Shown: positions 1 to 12,985 of the stretch, in pieces
Layout: every line of letters begins with the position of its first letter
How positions within the stretch are numbered: the stretch's first letter is position 1
Source of the DNA: Macrostomum lignano
Taxonomy: Eukaryota
Assembly (NCBI GenBank): GCA_002269645.1
Contig: NIVC01003534.1
Coordinates: forward strand, 28,577 to 92,576
Direction of reading: 5' to 3'
Length of the DNA stretch: 64,000 nt
Made by a program: the position numbers and the translations under genes
Notes under the pieces: model-generated
Seen by the model: the letters and a program-made list of their open reading frames with translations, nothing else
Told to the model about the DNA's origin: nothing
Database searches by the model: none

Positions 1-84
1 GCTGGCGATGACGGGTCAAAGTCGCTGCCGCCGCCACCCCCGGGGCTGCCAGTTGGCATGCAGGGCTGGCGCAGCATCTGGCTG

Positions 85-150
<66 letters not shown>

Positions 151-431
151 AGCAACATCTGATGCGGCGGGGCGCCATAGGTGGCTGCTGCGGCCGCGGA
201 CTCTGCAGCGTAGAGATGATCGTAGCGACCAGGAGCGGCGGCGTGCTGCGGCAGGTAGCCGCCCAGCCTGACGGCGTCCTGCATGCCAGCCGCCGCTGCC
301 GCTGCTGCCGCCGCCGCAGCCGCCTGCTGCTGAATATGATGGCCGTGATGGCTGTGACTGTGGTGATGATGGTGCAAGTAGGCCTGGGCCGCCTCCCTGC
401 AGTGCTGCTGCGACTGCAGCTCCGTTGCCAT
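1..431 (-). CDS. N-terminal exon of a poly-His/poly-Ala/poly-Gln protein, probably a transcription factor; 3'-truncated by the window edge
   Basis: Manual translation from ATG 431: MATELQSQQHCREAAQAYLHHHHHSHSHHGHHIQQQA12GMQDAVRLGGYLPQHAAAPGRYDHLYAAESAAAAATYGAPPHQMLLH(Q~20)HSQMLRQPCMPTGSPGGGGGSDFDPSSP. Open to position 1, with an in-frame TAA just upstream of the ATG. Missing from the ORF track because there is no stop in the window. No DNA-binding domain is visible, so the family is unassigned. Confidence 0.8.
87..146 (-). repeat. (CAG)~20 coding triplet repeat
   Basis: Uninterrupted CTG run on the plus strand, encoding poly-Q in the minus-strand ORF. Confidence 0.9.
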
Positions 432-1095
432 GGAGTCTCTAGGGTGTGTTGATTATGGATTGATTTTTAACCGATATCGCGAGCTGTTCACTAAAACCTG
501 AGCCCCGTTGGAGTGTCTTTTCTAGCCTCTCGTGTCCTCTTCAGAGAATTGTGCCTTGACAATGCCTCTATTGTGCTGTGGCCTGGCGGGGTGTCGGTGC
601 AGCTTGGGAAATAAGCAGAGAAGGAAGGGGCTTGAAGAAGGAGGAAGCCAGTCCTATCTATGGGGTCTGGGAATTCGGGATAAGGAATGAGGCTCGGGCA
701 AGTGCTGAGGCAACTGGGGCTTTGAGCAGCCGATTCGCCAATCTGCAGCCCAGCCAATGCCAGCCAGCCTGAGTTTAGGGGTTGGAGAAGAGTTTGGCCT
801 GTGAGTTCCCCGAGCCTTCCCCGAGCTCTGTGAGCTGGTTGGCTTGGAGCTGGGGGTGCGGCCGCCGCCACGGAAGAGCTTTCGAATCTTCGGCTTGAGT
901 TTTCCATTTTTTAATATTAGTTTCATAAATGGCCTCTAAAACTCGAGTAATTTCGCATAGGGAATGGGGATGTTAAACATTCCATGCCTTCTTCTACAAT
1001 TGCATTATGCATGTGCCCTCATATCAGATGCTCATGTCCTCACTACATAATCGCTAATTTACCTATTCAATAAATATAAAATTCTGTTCTCAATT

Positions 1096-1358
1096 CTCAA
1101 ACTGTCCCATCCTCAAACTGTCCCATCCTCAAACTGTCCCATCCTCAAACTGTCCCATCCTCAAACTGTCCCATCCTCAAACTGTCCCATCCTCAAACTG
1201 TCCCATCCTCAAACTGCCCCATCCTCGAACTGTCCCATCCTCAAACTGTCCCATCCTCAAACTGTCCCATCCTCAAACTGTCCCATCCTCAAACTGTCCC
1301 ATCCTCAAACTGTCCCATCCTCAAACTGTCCCATCCTCAAACTATCCCATCCTCAAAC
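1096..1358. repeat. 16-bp minisatellite CTCAAACTGTCCCATC, ~16 copies
   Basis: Direct reading. Confidence 0.95.
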
Positions 1359-2454
1359 TCTGCTAAAAACTTCCAAAAGTGTTCAGCGGAGCAAGACAGA
1401 CCGGGTTCGGGCAGCCCCAGCAAGTGGTTAAACAAAGACATGCAAAGGGAAAAGTTTATGCAGTTAAAAAAATCCCACAAAACTAACTAATTTCGGTATA
1501 AGGAATCAACCACAAGGCACAGTATGAACGGGTCCTCATCAGTCACGCTCAGTTCACGGCTCTGAATTCTTGCCATCCCCCCAGAGCAGCGGGGGCCGCC
1601 GCCCCCCCCCCCGCGCTGGGAAGTTGAGCCACCCTCAATTCCCACCGGGCCGGCACGAGTGCAAGGGGCAGCACCCATGACAGAAATCCTATATGCTCGT
1701 AGGAGTTCCAGCACGAGTGGGCCTCCATGCCCCACGCATGGTTCCCCAAGGCACCGAGCCACCTGTGACATCTCCAACTGACTAAAACTCTTAAAGTTAA
1801 AGTAAGCTGTGAGTTGCACAGGGAAGACTCCAATCTGCTTTAGCTCAAACCCTTAATGGCCCAAACAATCAGTAAGAATTCGTACAGACCCCATTCGAAC
1901 ATCTGTACAAAGCCACACAATGAGCAGTATAATGAAGGTCAAGTCGTCCAATCTTCTTTTCGAGTCCGGCCCAAATCACAAAAGTACAAAACATTCTTAT
2001 GAAAGGAATTTGAAAGATTTGCACCCCCATTCTGTTGTGCCTGACTTGATAACACATTCGATAGCAACCTTGAAGTGTACTAAATAATAAAGAAAATTTC
2101 CTGGTTGCACATGCCCATTTGTCTCTAAATTATGTTGCCCCCAAGCTGCTTCATAATTTTTCTCAAGCAAATTATTTTTGACTGACAGGCGCTTAGTCCC
2201 GGCATAAGAAGATTCCCAACAGCGGTGTGAACCAGGCTGGAAATCTGGTGGAAAGCCGGCAGAGAGAGGAGGAGCTATGGAAATAGTAAAGTCCATAGGA
2301 TCTCCTGCCTCTAGCCAAGTCCAGCACACCCATGCCCCCGACTGTGGATTTGTTGAAGCGCTAATCTCACCGCGCGTTGCTGCAGTGCCTTAATCCAATC
2401 CAATAGTTACAATAGTTGAGTTTGATCGGCAAATAAGAAGCTGTGGTAAGAATC

Positions 2455-3037
2455 TGTGGCGCTGTCTGAGATCAGTGTGGCGCTGTCTGAGATCAGTGTG
2501 GCGCTGTCTGAGATCAGTGTGGCGCTGTCTGAGATCAGTGTGGCGCTGTCTGAAATCAGTGTGGCGCTGTCTGAGATCAGTGTGGCGCTGTCTGAGATCA
2601 GTGTGGCGCTGTCTGAAATCAGTGTGGCGCTGTCTGAGATCAGTGTGGCGCTGTCTTAGATCAGTGTGGCGCTGTCTGAAATCAGTGTGGCGCTGTCTGA
2701 GATCAGTGTGGCGCTGTCTGAGATCAGTGTGGCGCTGTCTGAGATCAGTGTGGCGCTGTCTGAGATCAGTGTGGCGCTGTCTGAGATCAGTGTGGCGCTG
2801 TCTGAGATCAGTGTGGCGCTGTCTGAGATCAGTGTGGCGCTGTCTGAGATCAGTGTGGCGCTGTCTGAGATCAGTGTGGCGCTGTCTGAGATCAGTGTGG
2901 CGCTGTCTGAAATCAGTGTGGCGCTGTCTGAGATCAGTGTGGCGCTGTCTTAGATCAGTGTGGCGCTGTCTGAAATCAGTGTGGCGCTGTCTGAGATCAG
3001 TGTGGCGCTGTCTGAGATCAGTGTGGCGCTGTCTGAG
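2455..3037. repeat. 21-bp minisatellite GTGGCGCTGTCTGAGATCAGT, ~27 copies
   Basis: Direct reading; explains the ALSEISV and WRCLRSV ORFs. Confidence 0.95.
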
Positions 3038-3998
3038 AAGTGCCCTAACTGGAATCTGTAAAGCGCTGGTTATGATCAGGCCTCGATCACTCTAGGATTA
3101 TCTTGAGTCCGTGTGATTTCAATCCGCCAATGCAAATGCGGCATGCACTGCAGTACAGAAGCCGGCATCCAAAGAGCTGATCGATCATTGATCAGGCATT
3201 CACATCTGATCGATTAGAAACCTTCAAGTCACATCCTTCTCCCTGAGAGGAATAGAAAGGAATCGCTCCAGGATAGCAGAGCAGACGGCATTGGCAAGTC
3301 AATTGTTGTCAGCCGCAGCTGTCAGCTGGAGGCTTGCCGGAAGTGCGGCCCTGAAGTTCAGTTCAACCAGGAAAATCTTTCTGGCAGCAGAGAGTAAAGA
3401 GAGGGAGCGAGAGAGGACAAGACAAGAGAGATAACGGAGAGAGCAGAGGAGACAGCAGATGCGGAAAATCTTTCGAGTGTCGCACTGCGCTTGCCTCACA
3501 GGTCCGGGGCAGGCCAGGCTCGCAGTGGATAGAGAACGAGAGAGATGGAGAGCCCGCCAAACCTCTCGAGGCAAAGTTGCGGATGAGAATGTAAAAAATG
3601 GGCGACATTAAGAACTCCGCAAGTAAAAAAAACTTATTGCTTGGCGAGCAAGAAGAATGGAGATTGGGGGGAAAGGGGGAGAAAGCACTAGGCCGGGTTT
3701 CCTGGCTGGGAAGTGGAGCCCCGGCACTTCGGCCATTGAGGCAGCCGAGCCGACCCAGAGTGCCGGCCACTTCCTGCGACTGCTCCGCCCGGCTCTCCTG
3801 ACCGGGGGGGGGGATTATTAAGGTGGGAATGCTATTAAGGTTGTAGACCCATTTTACAGCAAGTTTGACCAGTATTCTGGCCTGCTTTTGGTTTTATTGT
3901 GGGCGCAAAGTCATGCGTTGGATTTCATTGCCAGCCCTTGAGTTCATTGATCTTTGCCGACCTCTGCTCTGTCTCCCCTCAATTCCGCTCTCTCCAGC

Positions 3999-4110
3999 TC
4001 CAGTCCCTCCTTCCCAGTCCCTCCTTCCCAGTCCCTCCTTCCCAGTCCCTCCTTCCCAGTCCCTCCTTCCCAGTCCCTCCTTCCCAGTCCCTCCTTCCCA
4101 GTCCCTCTTT
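3999..4110. repeat. 14-bp minisatellite CAGTCCCTCCTTCC, ~8 copies
   Basis: Direct reading. Confidence 0.9.
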
Positions 4111-5099
4111 CCGAGTCCCTCCATCCCTGCTTCGGTTCAGTGCTGACTGGCACCCGGAACTGCCAGCGGCCTGCCACTATAATTTCGATTTTCTATTGTT
4201 AAATTCGGAAAGCTTTGCCGCCAGCTGCGCCGGCTTAAGCCGGGCCAAGCCACAGGACAGTCGCTCACTGCATGGAAACAGACCGAGCGCGGCTCATTGG
4301 GGACGCACAGACGGTGTCCCAAGGGCGAAAATCCTTCGTGACCCCGGCAAGTCCCTTGGGGATCTGGCAGTGGAGGCAAGCGTATAGGAATGCGGAACTT
4401 TGCGAAGAAGGTGCGATAATTTTGGCTCCAAGCGGTTCAAGATGGCGCAAACCTGTTCTGTATGCTCAATGCCTATGAATATGAATATGACTTCCACTGT
4501 GACACCCCATTGCTAATAGGGAGTAACGATAAATTCCAGTTCAAACAAACAAACATTAAGGGGAGTGCGCGCAACGAATGAGGCACGCTTCTGATCCGCC
4601 CATACGGCTCACAGATAGACTAATATAATGCGCTACCAGCTGGCATCTGGGCTCCCTTCGACTTTTTTATTTGCATTTTGACATGCCGGCCGCCCAGCGC
4701 TGGGAGATCCCAAGGGACTCGGCTGTCAGGTGGTTGACTATTCTTGACGTCCCCAAGCAAGCAGTCAAATTCCTGGGGGGATTTTTCTATTTCTCTGTCA
4801 ATCGCGGCCGGGAATCCTTGGATGCTGGTTTTTTTCTTAGAAATCTTCATCAACAGGCATGCGGGCCTCTTGAAAGACGACTGATTGATAAATCATTTTC
4901 GCTTGGAAATTAATTGAAAACCGTCTTAATCCTGGCTTTCGATTGTAAGAATTAGACCAATTTTGTTTAAGTACCGAATTCAATTATTCTGCCTTTGCTT
5001 TTAGAAGCATGGGGGCTCATTGTGCGACTTGATTCTTCCGAATCTGCTGTCCAAGCTCCTCGCTAAAAGGGGCTCTCTAAATTCCAGTTTTCATTGTCT

Positions 5100-5794
5100 G
5101 ATGACTGCAGTAATGACAGCAGAGATTGCAATGCATGACAGTAATGACAGCAGAGATTGCAATGCATGACAGTAATGACAGCAGAGATTGCAATGCATGA
5201 CAGTAATGACAGCAGAGATTGCAATGCATGACAGTAATGACTGCAGAGATTGCAATGCATGACAGTAATGACAGCAGAGATTGCAATGCATGACAGTAAT
5301 GACAGCAGAGATTGCAATGCATGACAGTAATGACTGCAGAGATTGCAATGCATGACAGTAATGACAGCAGAGATTGCAATGCATGACAGTAATGACTGCA
5401 GAGATTGCAATGCATGACAGTAATGACAGCAGAGATTGCAATGCATGACAGTAATGACAACAGCGATTGCAATGCATGACAGTAATGACAGCAGAGATTG
5501 CAATGCATGACAGTAATGACAGCAGCGATTGCAATGCATGACAGTAATGACTGCAGAGATTGAAATGCATGACAGTAATGACAGCAGAGATTGCAATGCA
5601 TGACAGTAATGACAGCAGCGATTGCAATGCATGACAGTAATGACAGCAGCGATTGCAATGCATGACAGTAATGACAGCAGAGATTGCAATGCATGACAGT
5701 AATGACAGCAGTAATGACTGCAGAGATTGCAATGCATGACAGTAATGACAGCAGCGATTGCAATGCATGACAGTAATGACAGCAGCGATTGCAA
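5100..5794. repeat. 31-bp minisatellite ATGACAGCAGAGATTGCAATGCATGACAGTA, ~22 copies
   Basis: Direct reading; explains three overlapping minus-strand ORFs. Confidence 0.95.
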
Positions 5795-5798
5795 TAGA

Positions 5799-5855
5799 GT
5801 TAGGGTTAAGTTAAAGTTTAGGGTTAGGTTTAGGCTTTTTTAGGTTAGGGTTAGG
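5799..5855 (+). repeat. Degenerate interstitial (TTAGGG)n
   Basis: gttagggttaagttaaagtttagggttaggtttagg...ggttagggttaggg, abutting the 31-bp array. Confidence 0.6.
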
Positions 5856-6747
5856 GCAGGGCTATGCCAAAACTGACCCGGCTGTCCCATAAAAATTGAT
5901 CGGCAAGGAAAAAAAGATACAGTGCGAGCATTTCTGCCGTCCAGATTGGTGCCTGATTGAGGCGAGTGGGTGACGGGGGCAACCGCTGGGCCCTCGTTGA
6001 TGAAAATTGTGCCGAGATTCGCTCCCTGACGAGAGAGAAATGAAGAGGGGGGCAGTATGGATAACGGTGGAGGAGCCCCTCAGCCTCCAGCCTGGAGTGC
6101 CGGCATCATCACAGCTGGGAGACACACCAAGCTTTTGTTACATCCGGCCCGGCTCGATGGGATTAATGAAATTTCGCTGGCGGAGTGGCCTGGTCGGCGG
6201 CTTCTTTTGTCCTCTCGCCCCCCCCTCCCGTGTCCCCCCCGGTCTGCTGTCCCGATTGGGAAGAAATTACTTTTTTTCCCTGCTCAGCCTCATCTCCATC
6301 TCACTCGCTCAGCGGCCAAGATGAGATAATTTGCAAATGAATTCCCAGCGCCAGTTCTGCTTTTTTCCCCAGATGTGGCAGAGGGGCAGCTGCGGACCTC
6401 CCCAGTGTGTCTGGTGGACAGCGGCAACATCCCTGAGTATAATAACTGTGACAGTTTTTTTCACATAGGTTTGTCAGTCCTGCAGAATGCGCGCTTAAAA
6501 GTGTTTCTCTTCTGGACGGCTGGCAAAAATTGGAGGCGGTCGGAGCTTTGCGTTGAGCTGTCAAATTTCACCTGGTTTTGCCATTTTCTGTGGGTATATG
6601 CGATGCGGAAGCAGGCACAGATGCAGAGTCAGGAGGGTTACGGGCCACTGGCTGGGTGAGCACGGAAGTCGCTTGGTAAAAGGGCAGCTGGGCATCCATG
6701 CTGAGGCCATGCGATCGAAACTTATTGCTGAGGTAGATTACTTCTGT

Positions 6748-7206
<459 letters not shown>

Positions 7207-7690
7207 GTTTTGAAACAGGCAGCAGCAGCAGCAGCAGAATCTGCATTTTCACCGGGCTGTTGACAAAAAGCTCAAGCAGAAACAGTCAGACTCTGTCTTT
7301 CGTAGAATTTTTGCCGAACCAAGGATGCGAAGCGAAGCCCCCATGGCCTCTCAGTTCCGTCTCCTGGAAGCAGCAGCAGAGGCCGGGGAGCAGAGCCAAA
7401 AAAGAGACGCAGCGGGAGAGACTCAGCGGAATGATGAAGCGCAGAAGCTGGAGGCTCCCCCCCCCCGATCCGCCTGAATTCATCCTGGGCGGCCTTGGAG
7501 TGGCAGCCGCTCGGCACACGGCGGGTTTCCGCCTCGCTAATCGCCCTGTCGATCGGCCGCTTAGGGGGGGGGGTCGGCGGCCGGGAGCTCCTCCGCGCAG
7601 GACCGGCGGGCCCGGCTCACTGCGCTTCTCAGCACAATGCCTTTTTACGGGCGCGGGGCGGATTTTTTGCCGAAAAAGCCGTTTGCTTCT

Positions 7691-7691
<1 letters not shown>

Positions 7692-7724
<33 letters not shown>
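7692..7724. repeat. (CAG)~11
   Basis: Direct reading; no supported coding context. Confidence 0.85.
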
Positions 7725-7726
<2 letters not shown>

Positions 7727-7989
7727 TGAGTCCAAGAAGATTCCATTGTCAGAAGAAGCAGAAAAAACAACAGAATGCTTGGAGAGCGCATTTTTTAGCG
7801 TTACGCGCCCTGCTCATTGTTAAAGGAACATTTTTGAATGCCGAAATTCTAGTTCCAGCCAATGCTCTCCAGGCCTTCATATTCTCCACTGGAGCTCGAG
7901 TGTTAATGATGCGAACTCGTTGGATGCCATTGTGACTGATGATCGAACCACTGCAAGGCGGAGATGCAGGCGGCCTCGAGACCGCCGGC

Positions 7990-7993
<4 letters not shown>

Positions 7994-8034
<41 letters not shown>
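7994..8034. repeat. (CT)n microsatellite
   Basis: Direct reading. Confidence 0.9.
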
Positions 8035-8037
<3 letters not shown>

Positions 8038-9813
8038 TTCTGACTGAGCCCAGAAGCCTCCGTTCCGATGGGCTCCACTTCCTGTTCTGTGGCTCGTGGC
8101 TCGCGGCGGGGGCCTCCGGAGCTGCCCTGCCGTGCCATTCACCTGGGAGGGTGGATGCGGGAGCGGGGAATGGGGAGAACGCTTCAGGGAAGTAAAATAG
8201 AGAGGCGCGCTGGCCTCTCCAGCCAGAAAGAGGCCGGGCAGGCGACCGTCTGATGGGGCAGAGAGGCTGGCAAGGCAGAAGTGGGTGAGCGAGGCTGCAG
8301 CTTAAGCAGCGGGGGCTGGCTAGAAGTCCCCTTTCCGCTCCGCTCCCGGGGCCCGGCCGCTCTCCACGTGCGGTAAATGACTTGAAACCGGAACCCCCAT
8401 CATCTAAGTGGCCCCCCATCTCCGCGCTCCCGTCCCCCCGGGGTCCCTGACCCCCCCTCCTCGGCAGTCCCGTGGCGGATGCTTTGGGGTCCGCGCGGCA
8501 GTCCCTTCCCCTGCAAAATTTTTTCTACCTTCAAGCTGAAATCTCCCTCGGCCTCTCCCGCTCCGACGCCCCGTTTCCTCTCTTGTCCTCCCGCGGCCTC
8601 TCCAATCTCCGCAGGGCACGGCAGTTTTGAGTCCTCCGCCGCTGCCACCGCCGTCCCCTCCCCGACCCCTGTGCGTGCGGTGCCAGGGCCTGGGCTCGGG
8701 TCTGGTGCGGTGGAGCCGCCCCGCCACCCCCTTCCTGTCGTGTTTTTCAGCCAGCTTCCTCACTTTAATTAATTATCCCATTCACGTAACGGGACAGAGC
8801 AGAGGTTGGAGCGCGATGGAGGGTGGGACATCGCGCCGGTGCCCCTTCCTCACCCACGGGCTCCCGGGTCTGAGCCTCATTTCCTGAGGCTTCTCGCAGC
8901 TTCCACTGTGCTGCTGCTGCTCCCTCCGGCTCTTCATCTCCCCCGGACCAGTTCTCACTCCCGGCTCAAAAATCCTTTTTCTCGACTCCTGACAAAAATT
9001 CTTCCCAAATCTTAGCCGGCGCTGCACTGAAGTTCGCTGCCGGCCTCCAGTCCAAGCCGCTATTATAATAATAGCTGTCCTTGGCGGCGACAAGTTTCAA
9101 TCAATATTTTTCAACGCAGCGGTTGTTTGTGGACAAGAATTTCTCGGGTGCGCTCTGTGCTCTCCCTCCCACCCAGTCCGCGTTCGGGATTGAGGATATC
9201 GCGGAGGGGAAGTCGGGAGTCACCTTCTTGGGGGGGGGTGTATTATGAAACACTAATCGCCTTGCGATCTCCCCTGAGATTTCGGCTCTTTCCACTGGGA
9301 GGCTCAAGGAAGTGGGTGGGGGGGGGGGTTGGCAGAATCGAGGCCAGGCCGCGGCTCAATGGGTGGAGGGGATTTTTCTCTTTTTTTAAATCCCCGCATT
9401 TGATCCGCAGCAAGCGAAGTCGGGGCAAATCCGCTTAAATGCCAGGCCGAGCCGAGAGCTGGGAAGGGGGTGGGGCAGGTGCTGCAGGGAGGCCAAGTGC
9501 CGCGAGTGCCGACTCTAAGAGCCGCCCCCCGTCTCAACTCCCAGAGCGATTACCGATAGAGAGTGGGGTCGGCCCTTCAGCTGACAAAAGAAGACACACG
9601 AGACCCGGAGCTGGATAGCTTGCCAGCTTAAAGCTGCCTGCATGGCGGCCATCTCGACTTCTCCGGGTGGAATTCGCTGCTGAGATAGATTATTTTTACC
9701 ATCTCATCTTACGGGGCTGTTTAAACGGTGTTTTTAATACTGCATTTTCCAATGTTTTTGTGAGATTGTTTATGATGGTGTGCTTGAGACCTTTGGATTT
9801 TGGCAAGCCTTTT

Positions 9814-11170
9814 TCATAGTTCATGACAGCAATCAGTCATAGTTCATGACAGCAATCAGTCATAGTTCACGACAGCAATCAGTCATAGTTCACGAGAGCA
9901 ATCAGTCATAGTTCATGAGAGCAATTAGTCATAGTTTACGAGAGCAATCAGTCATAGTTTACGAGAGAGCAATCAGTCATAGTTCACGACAGCAATCAGT
10001 CATAGTTCACGAGAGCAATCAGTCATAGTTCATGAGAGCAATCAGTCATAGTTCATGAGAGCAATCAGTCATAGTTCACGACAGCAATCAGTCATAGTTC
10101 ACGACAGCAATCAGTCATAGTTCACGACAGCAATCAGTCATAGTTCACGACAGCAATCAGTCATAGTTCACGACAGCAATCAGTCATAGTTCACGACAGC
10201 AATCAGTCATAGTTCACGACAGCAATCAGTCATAGTTTACGAGAGCAATCAGTCATAGTTCATGAGAGCAATCAGTCATAGTTCATGAGAGCAATCAGTC
10301 ATAGTTCATGAGAGCAATTAGTCATAGTTCATGAGAGCAATTAGTCATAGTTTACGAGAGCAATCAGTCATAGTTTACGAGAGAGCAATCAGTCATAGTT
10401 CACGAGAGCAATCAGTCATAGTTCACGAGAGCAATCCGTCATAGTTCACGACAGCAATCAGTCATAGTTTACGAGAGAGCAATCAGTCATAGTTCACACT
10501 GACAATCAGTCATAGTTCACACTGACAATCAGTCATAGTTCACACTGACAATCAGTCATAGTTCACACTGACAATCAGTCATAGTTCACACTGACAATCA
10601 GTCATAGTTCACACTGACAATCAGTCATAGTTCACACTGACAATCAGTCATAGTTCACACTGACAATCAGTCATAGTTCACACTGACAATCAGTCATAGT
10701 TCACACTGACAATCAGTCATAGTTCACACTGACAATCAGTCATAGTTCACACTGACAATCAGTCATAGTTCACACTGACAATCAGTCATAGTTCACACTG
10801 ACAATCAGTCATAGTTCACACTGACAATCAGTCATAGTTCACACTGACAATCAGTCATAGTTCACACTGACAATCAGTCATAGTTCACACTGACAATCAG
10901 TCATAGTTCACACTGACAATCAGTCATAGTTCACACTGACAATCAGTCATAGTTCACACTGACAATCAGTCATAGTTCACACTGACAATCAGTCATAGTT
11001 CACACTGACAATCAGTCATAGTTCACACTGACAATCAGTCATAGTTCACACTGACAATCAGTCATAGTTCACACTGACAATCAGTCATAGTTCACACTGA
11101 CAATCAGTCATAGTTCACACTGACAATCAGTCATAGTTCACACTGACAATAAGTCATAGTTCACACTGAC
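9814..11170. repeat. Bipartite 23-bp minisatellite: CAGTCATAGTTCA(C/T)GA(C/G)AGCAAT, then CAGTCATAGTTCACACTGACAAT
   Basis: Heterogeneous units to ~10484, then ~30 near-identical units. Confidence 0.95.
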
Positions 11171-11689
11171 ATTCTATGTTTTTCTCGGCTGTCTCACAAA
11201 TTCAGCGCCAGCAGCTGAAAGATTTGCATATTTTCCTGAGATTTTTGTTCTCAGTCTTCATTCTCATGCGAGTTGATACGGGGAACGAACTGGCTGGCTC
11301 GGCTCTCCAATGGGCAGTAATGAAGGCCGAGTCCCTAGGGGGGGAGGGGGGACTGCAACGGAGAGCCCGATTGCGCGTGGGGACTCCGGATTGGCGATTC
11401 CCAATCAGGTTAGCGGCGGGCAGGTTGGGGGTTCGATTCCCCTGGGCGCCGGATCGCACAATCGCGCGATAGAAAAAAAACGTTTAGAAGAAGACAAGAA
11501 ATGCGCGAGCTCGAAGATTTTCAGCTCTGTTATAAGCGGAAAATTCTGTGCTGCTGGGATTACAGGGGTTGAGGTGTCTGATGCTATCAATAATCTTAGT
11601 TGTCAGGCGAACAGTGGGTTGAAAGCAGAGCTTAACCTACAATAAACAAGTAGCGACAACACTAGCGACTTAATTAACGTTTATAGCAA

Positions 11690-12215
11690 CAAAATTAGCG
11701 ACACAATTAGCGAAACAATTACAGACACAATTAGCGACTCAATTAGCGACACAATCAGCGACACAATTAGCGACTCAATTAGCGACACAATTAGCGACTC
11801 ATTTAGCGACACAATTAGCGACACAACTAGCGACACAATTAGCGACACAATCAGCGACACAATCAGCGACACAATCAGCGACACAATCAGCGACACAATT
11901 AGCGATACAATCAGCGACACAATTAGCGACACAATCAGCGACACAATCAGCGACTCAATTAGCGACTCAATTAGCGACACAATAACCGACATAAGTAGCG
12001 ACACAACTAGCGACAAAATTAGCGACACAATTAGAGGCACAATTATAGACACAGTTAGCAACTTAATTAACGACCTAGTTTGTGAAAAATTAGAAATACA
12101 ATTAGAAACAAACCAAACAATTGAAACCATTTTTAGTATATGGGACGACACAATTAGCGACACAACTAACGACAAAATTAACGACATAATTGGCGACAAA
12201 ATTAGAGACACAAGT
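11690..12215. repeat. Diverged 12-bp repeat AAT(T/C)AGCGACAC
   Basis: Direct reading; gives the minus-strand SLIV ORF. Confidence 0.9.
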
Positions 12216-12914
12216 CAAGCTAAACACGCAGCCCCTAAACAGTCATAGTTTAAACACAGCACGTGAAAATAGTGCCCCATCGAGCGCCACGAATTTCTGT
12301 CAGATTTATTCAAGCCAATTAAAATCCAGTCACAGGAAAAATTGTTCATAGATTTAAGAGCTCGTCAGTTCTGAAAAGTTTGCTTTGTTGAGTCAAGCGC
12401 GCACTTCTGCCATTCAGCCGCGCTTTCTTGTTGACACTGCAGCAAAATTTTGACAAATTCTGCATCAAGAAAAGCTAGGCAGAGCAGGCAGAATGTCTAT
12501 CTAGACGACTTTCTGTTCTCAAGACGAGTTGAGAAGTCCGACATGCGAGGCTGAGCAATTTGGAGCTGTTGCAGTTTTCGATTGGCAATTTGCGGGAAGA
12601 TTCTCCCAGGGAATATCGGCAGCTGCGGCAGCTGAAGGTTTCGAGAGCCACCGGCCCCCCTGTGTCAACAGCCGGCCGGAGACAATGCATGGCGAAGATT
12701 TCTGGGGTTGAATGTCGCACAGCAAAGTTTAGCTGGAGGAGGTCGGCGCAAGAGAGGAGGCAGCGGCTGCACTTGCCTTCAATCACTCCTGAGCTCCCTC
12801 ACTCCCTTGCACAGCGCAGACTGATGCAGACATGCAGACATATATCTCACCATGCAGATGTAGGCTATATTTTAACACCGGTAAGATGATGGATGTTCGA
12901 TTCTGTAAGCGGTC

Positions 12915-12985
12915 AAATTCATTTGGGGCTTGTGTGCACAAAAATTGGCCGGCAGGGGGTTGTCGTGCGATTCGCAGCCATGTAC
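12915..12985 (+). mobile_element. Fragment of an unclassified dispersed repeat family
   Basis: ttggggcttgtgtgcacaaaaattggccggcagggggttgtcgtgcgattcgcagccatg closely matches the reverse complement of ~61460-61525. Confidence 0.65.

Noticed and set aside
7260-7823. 187-aa ORF with poly-Q as a separate gene
   Set aside because: Low-complexity, GC-rich sequence open in several frames, with no domain or splice structure.
11405-11455. GGTTCGATTCCCC B-box/T-arm-like motif, as a possible tRNA gene
   Set aside because: No D-arm, anticodon stem or acceptor-stem pairing upstream.
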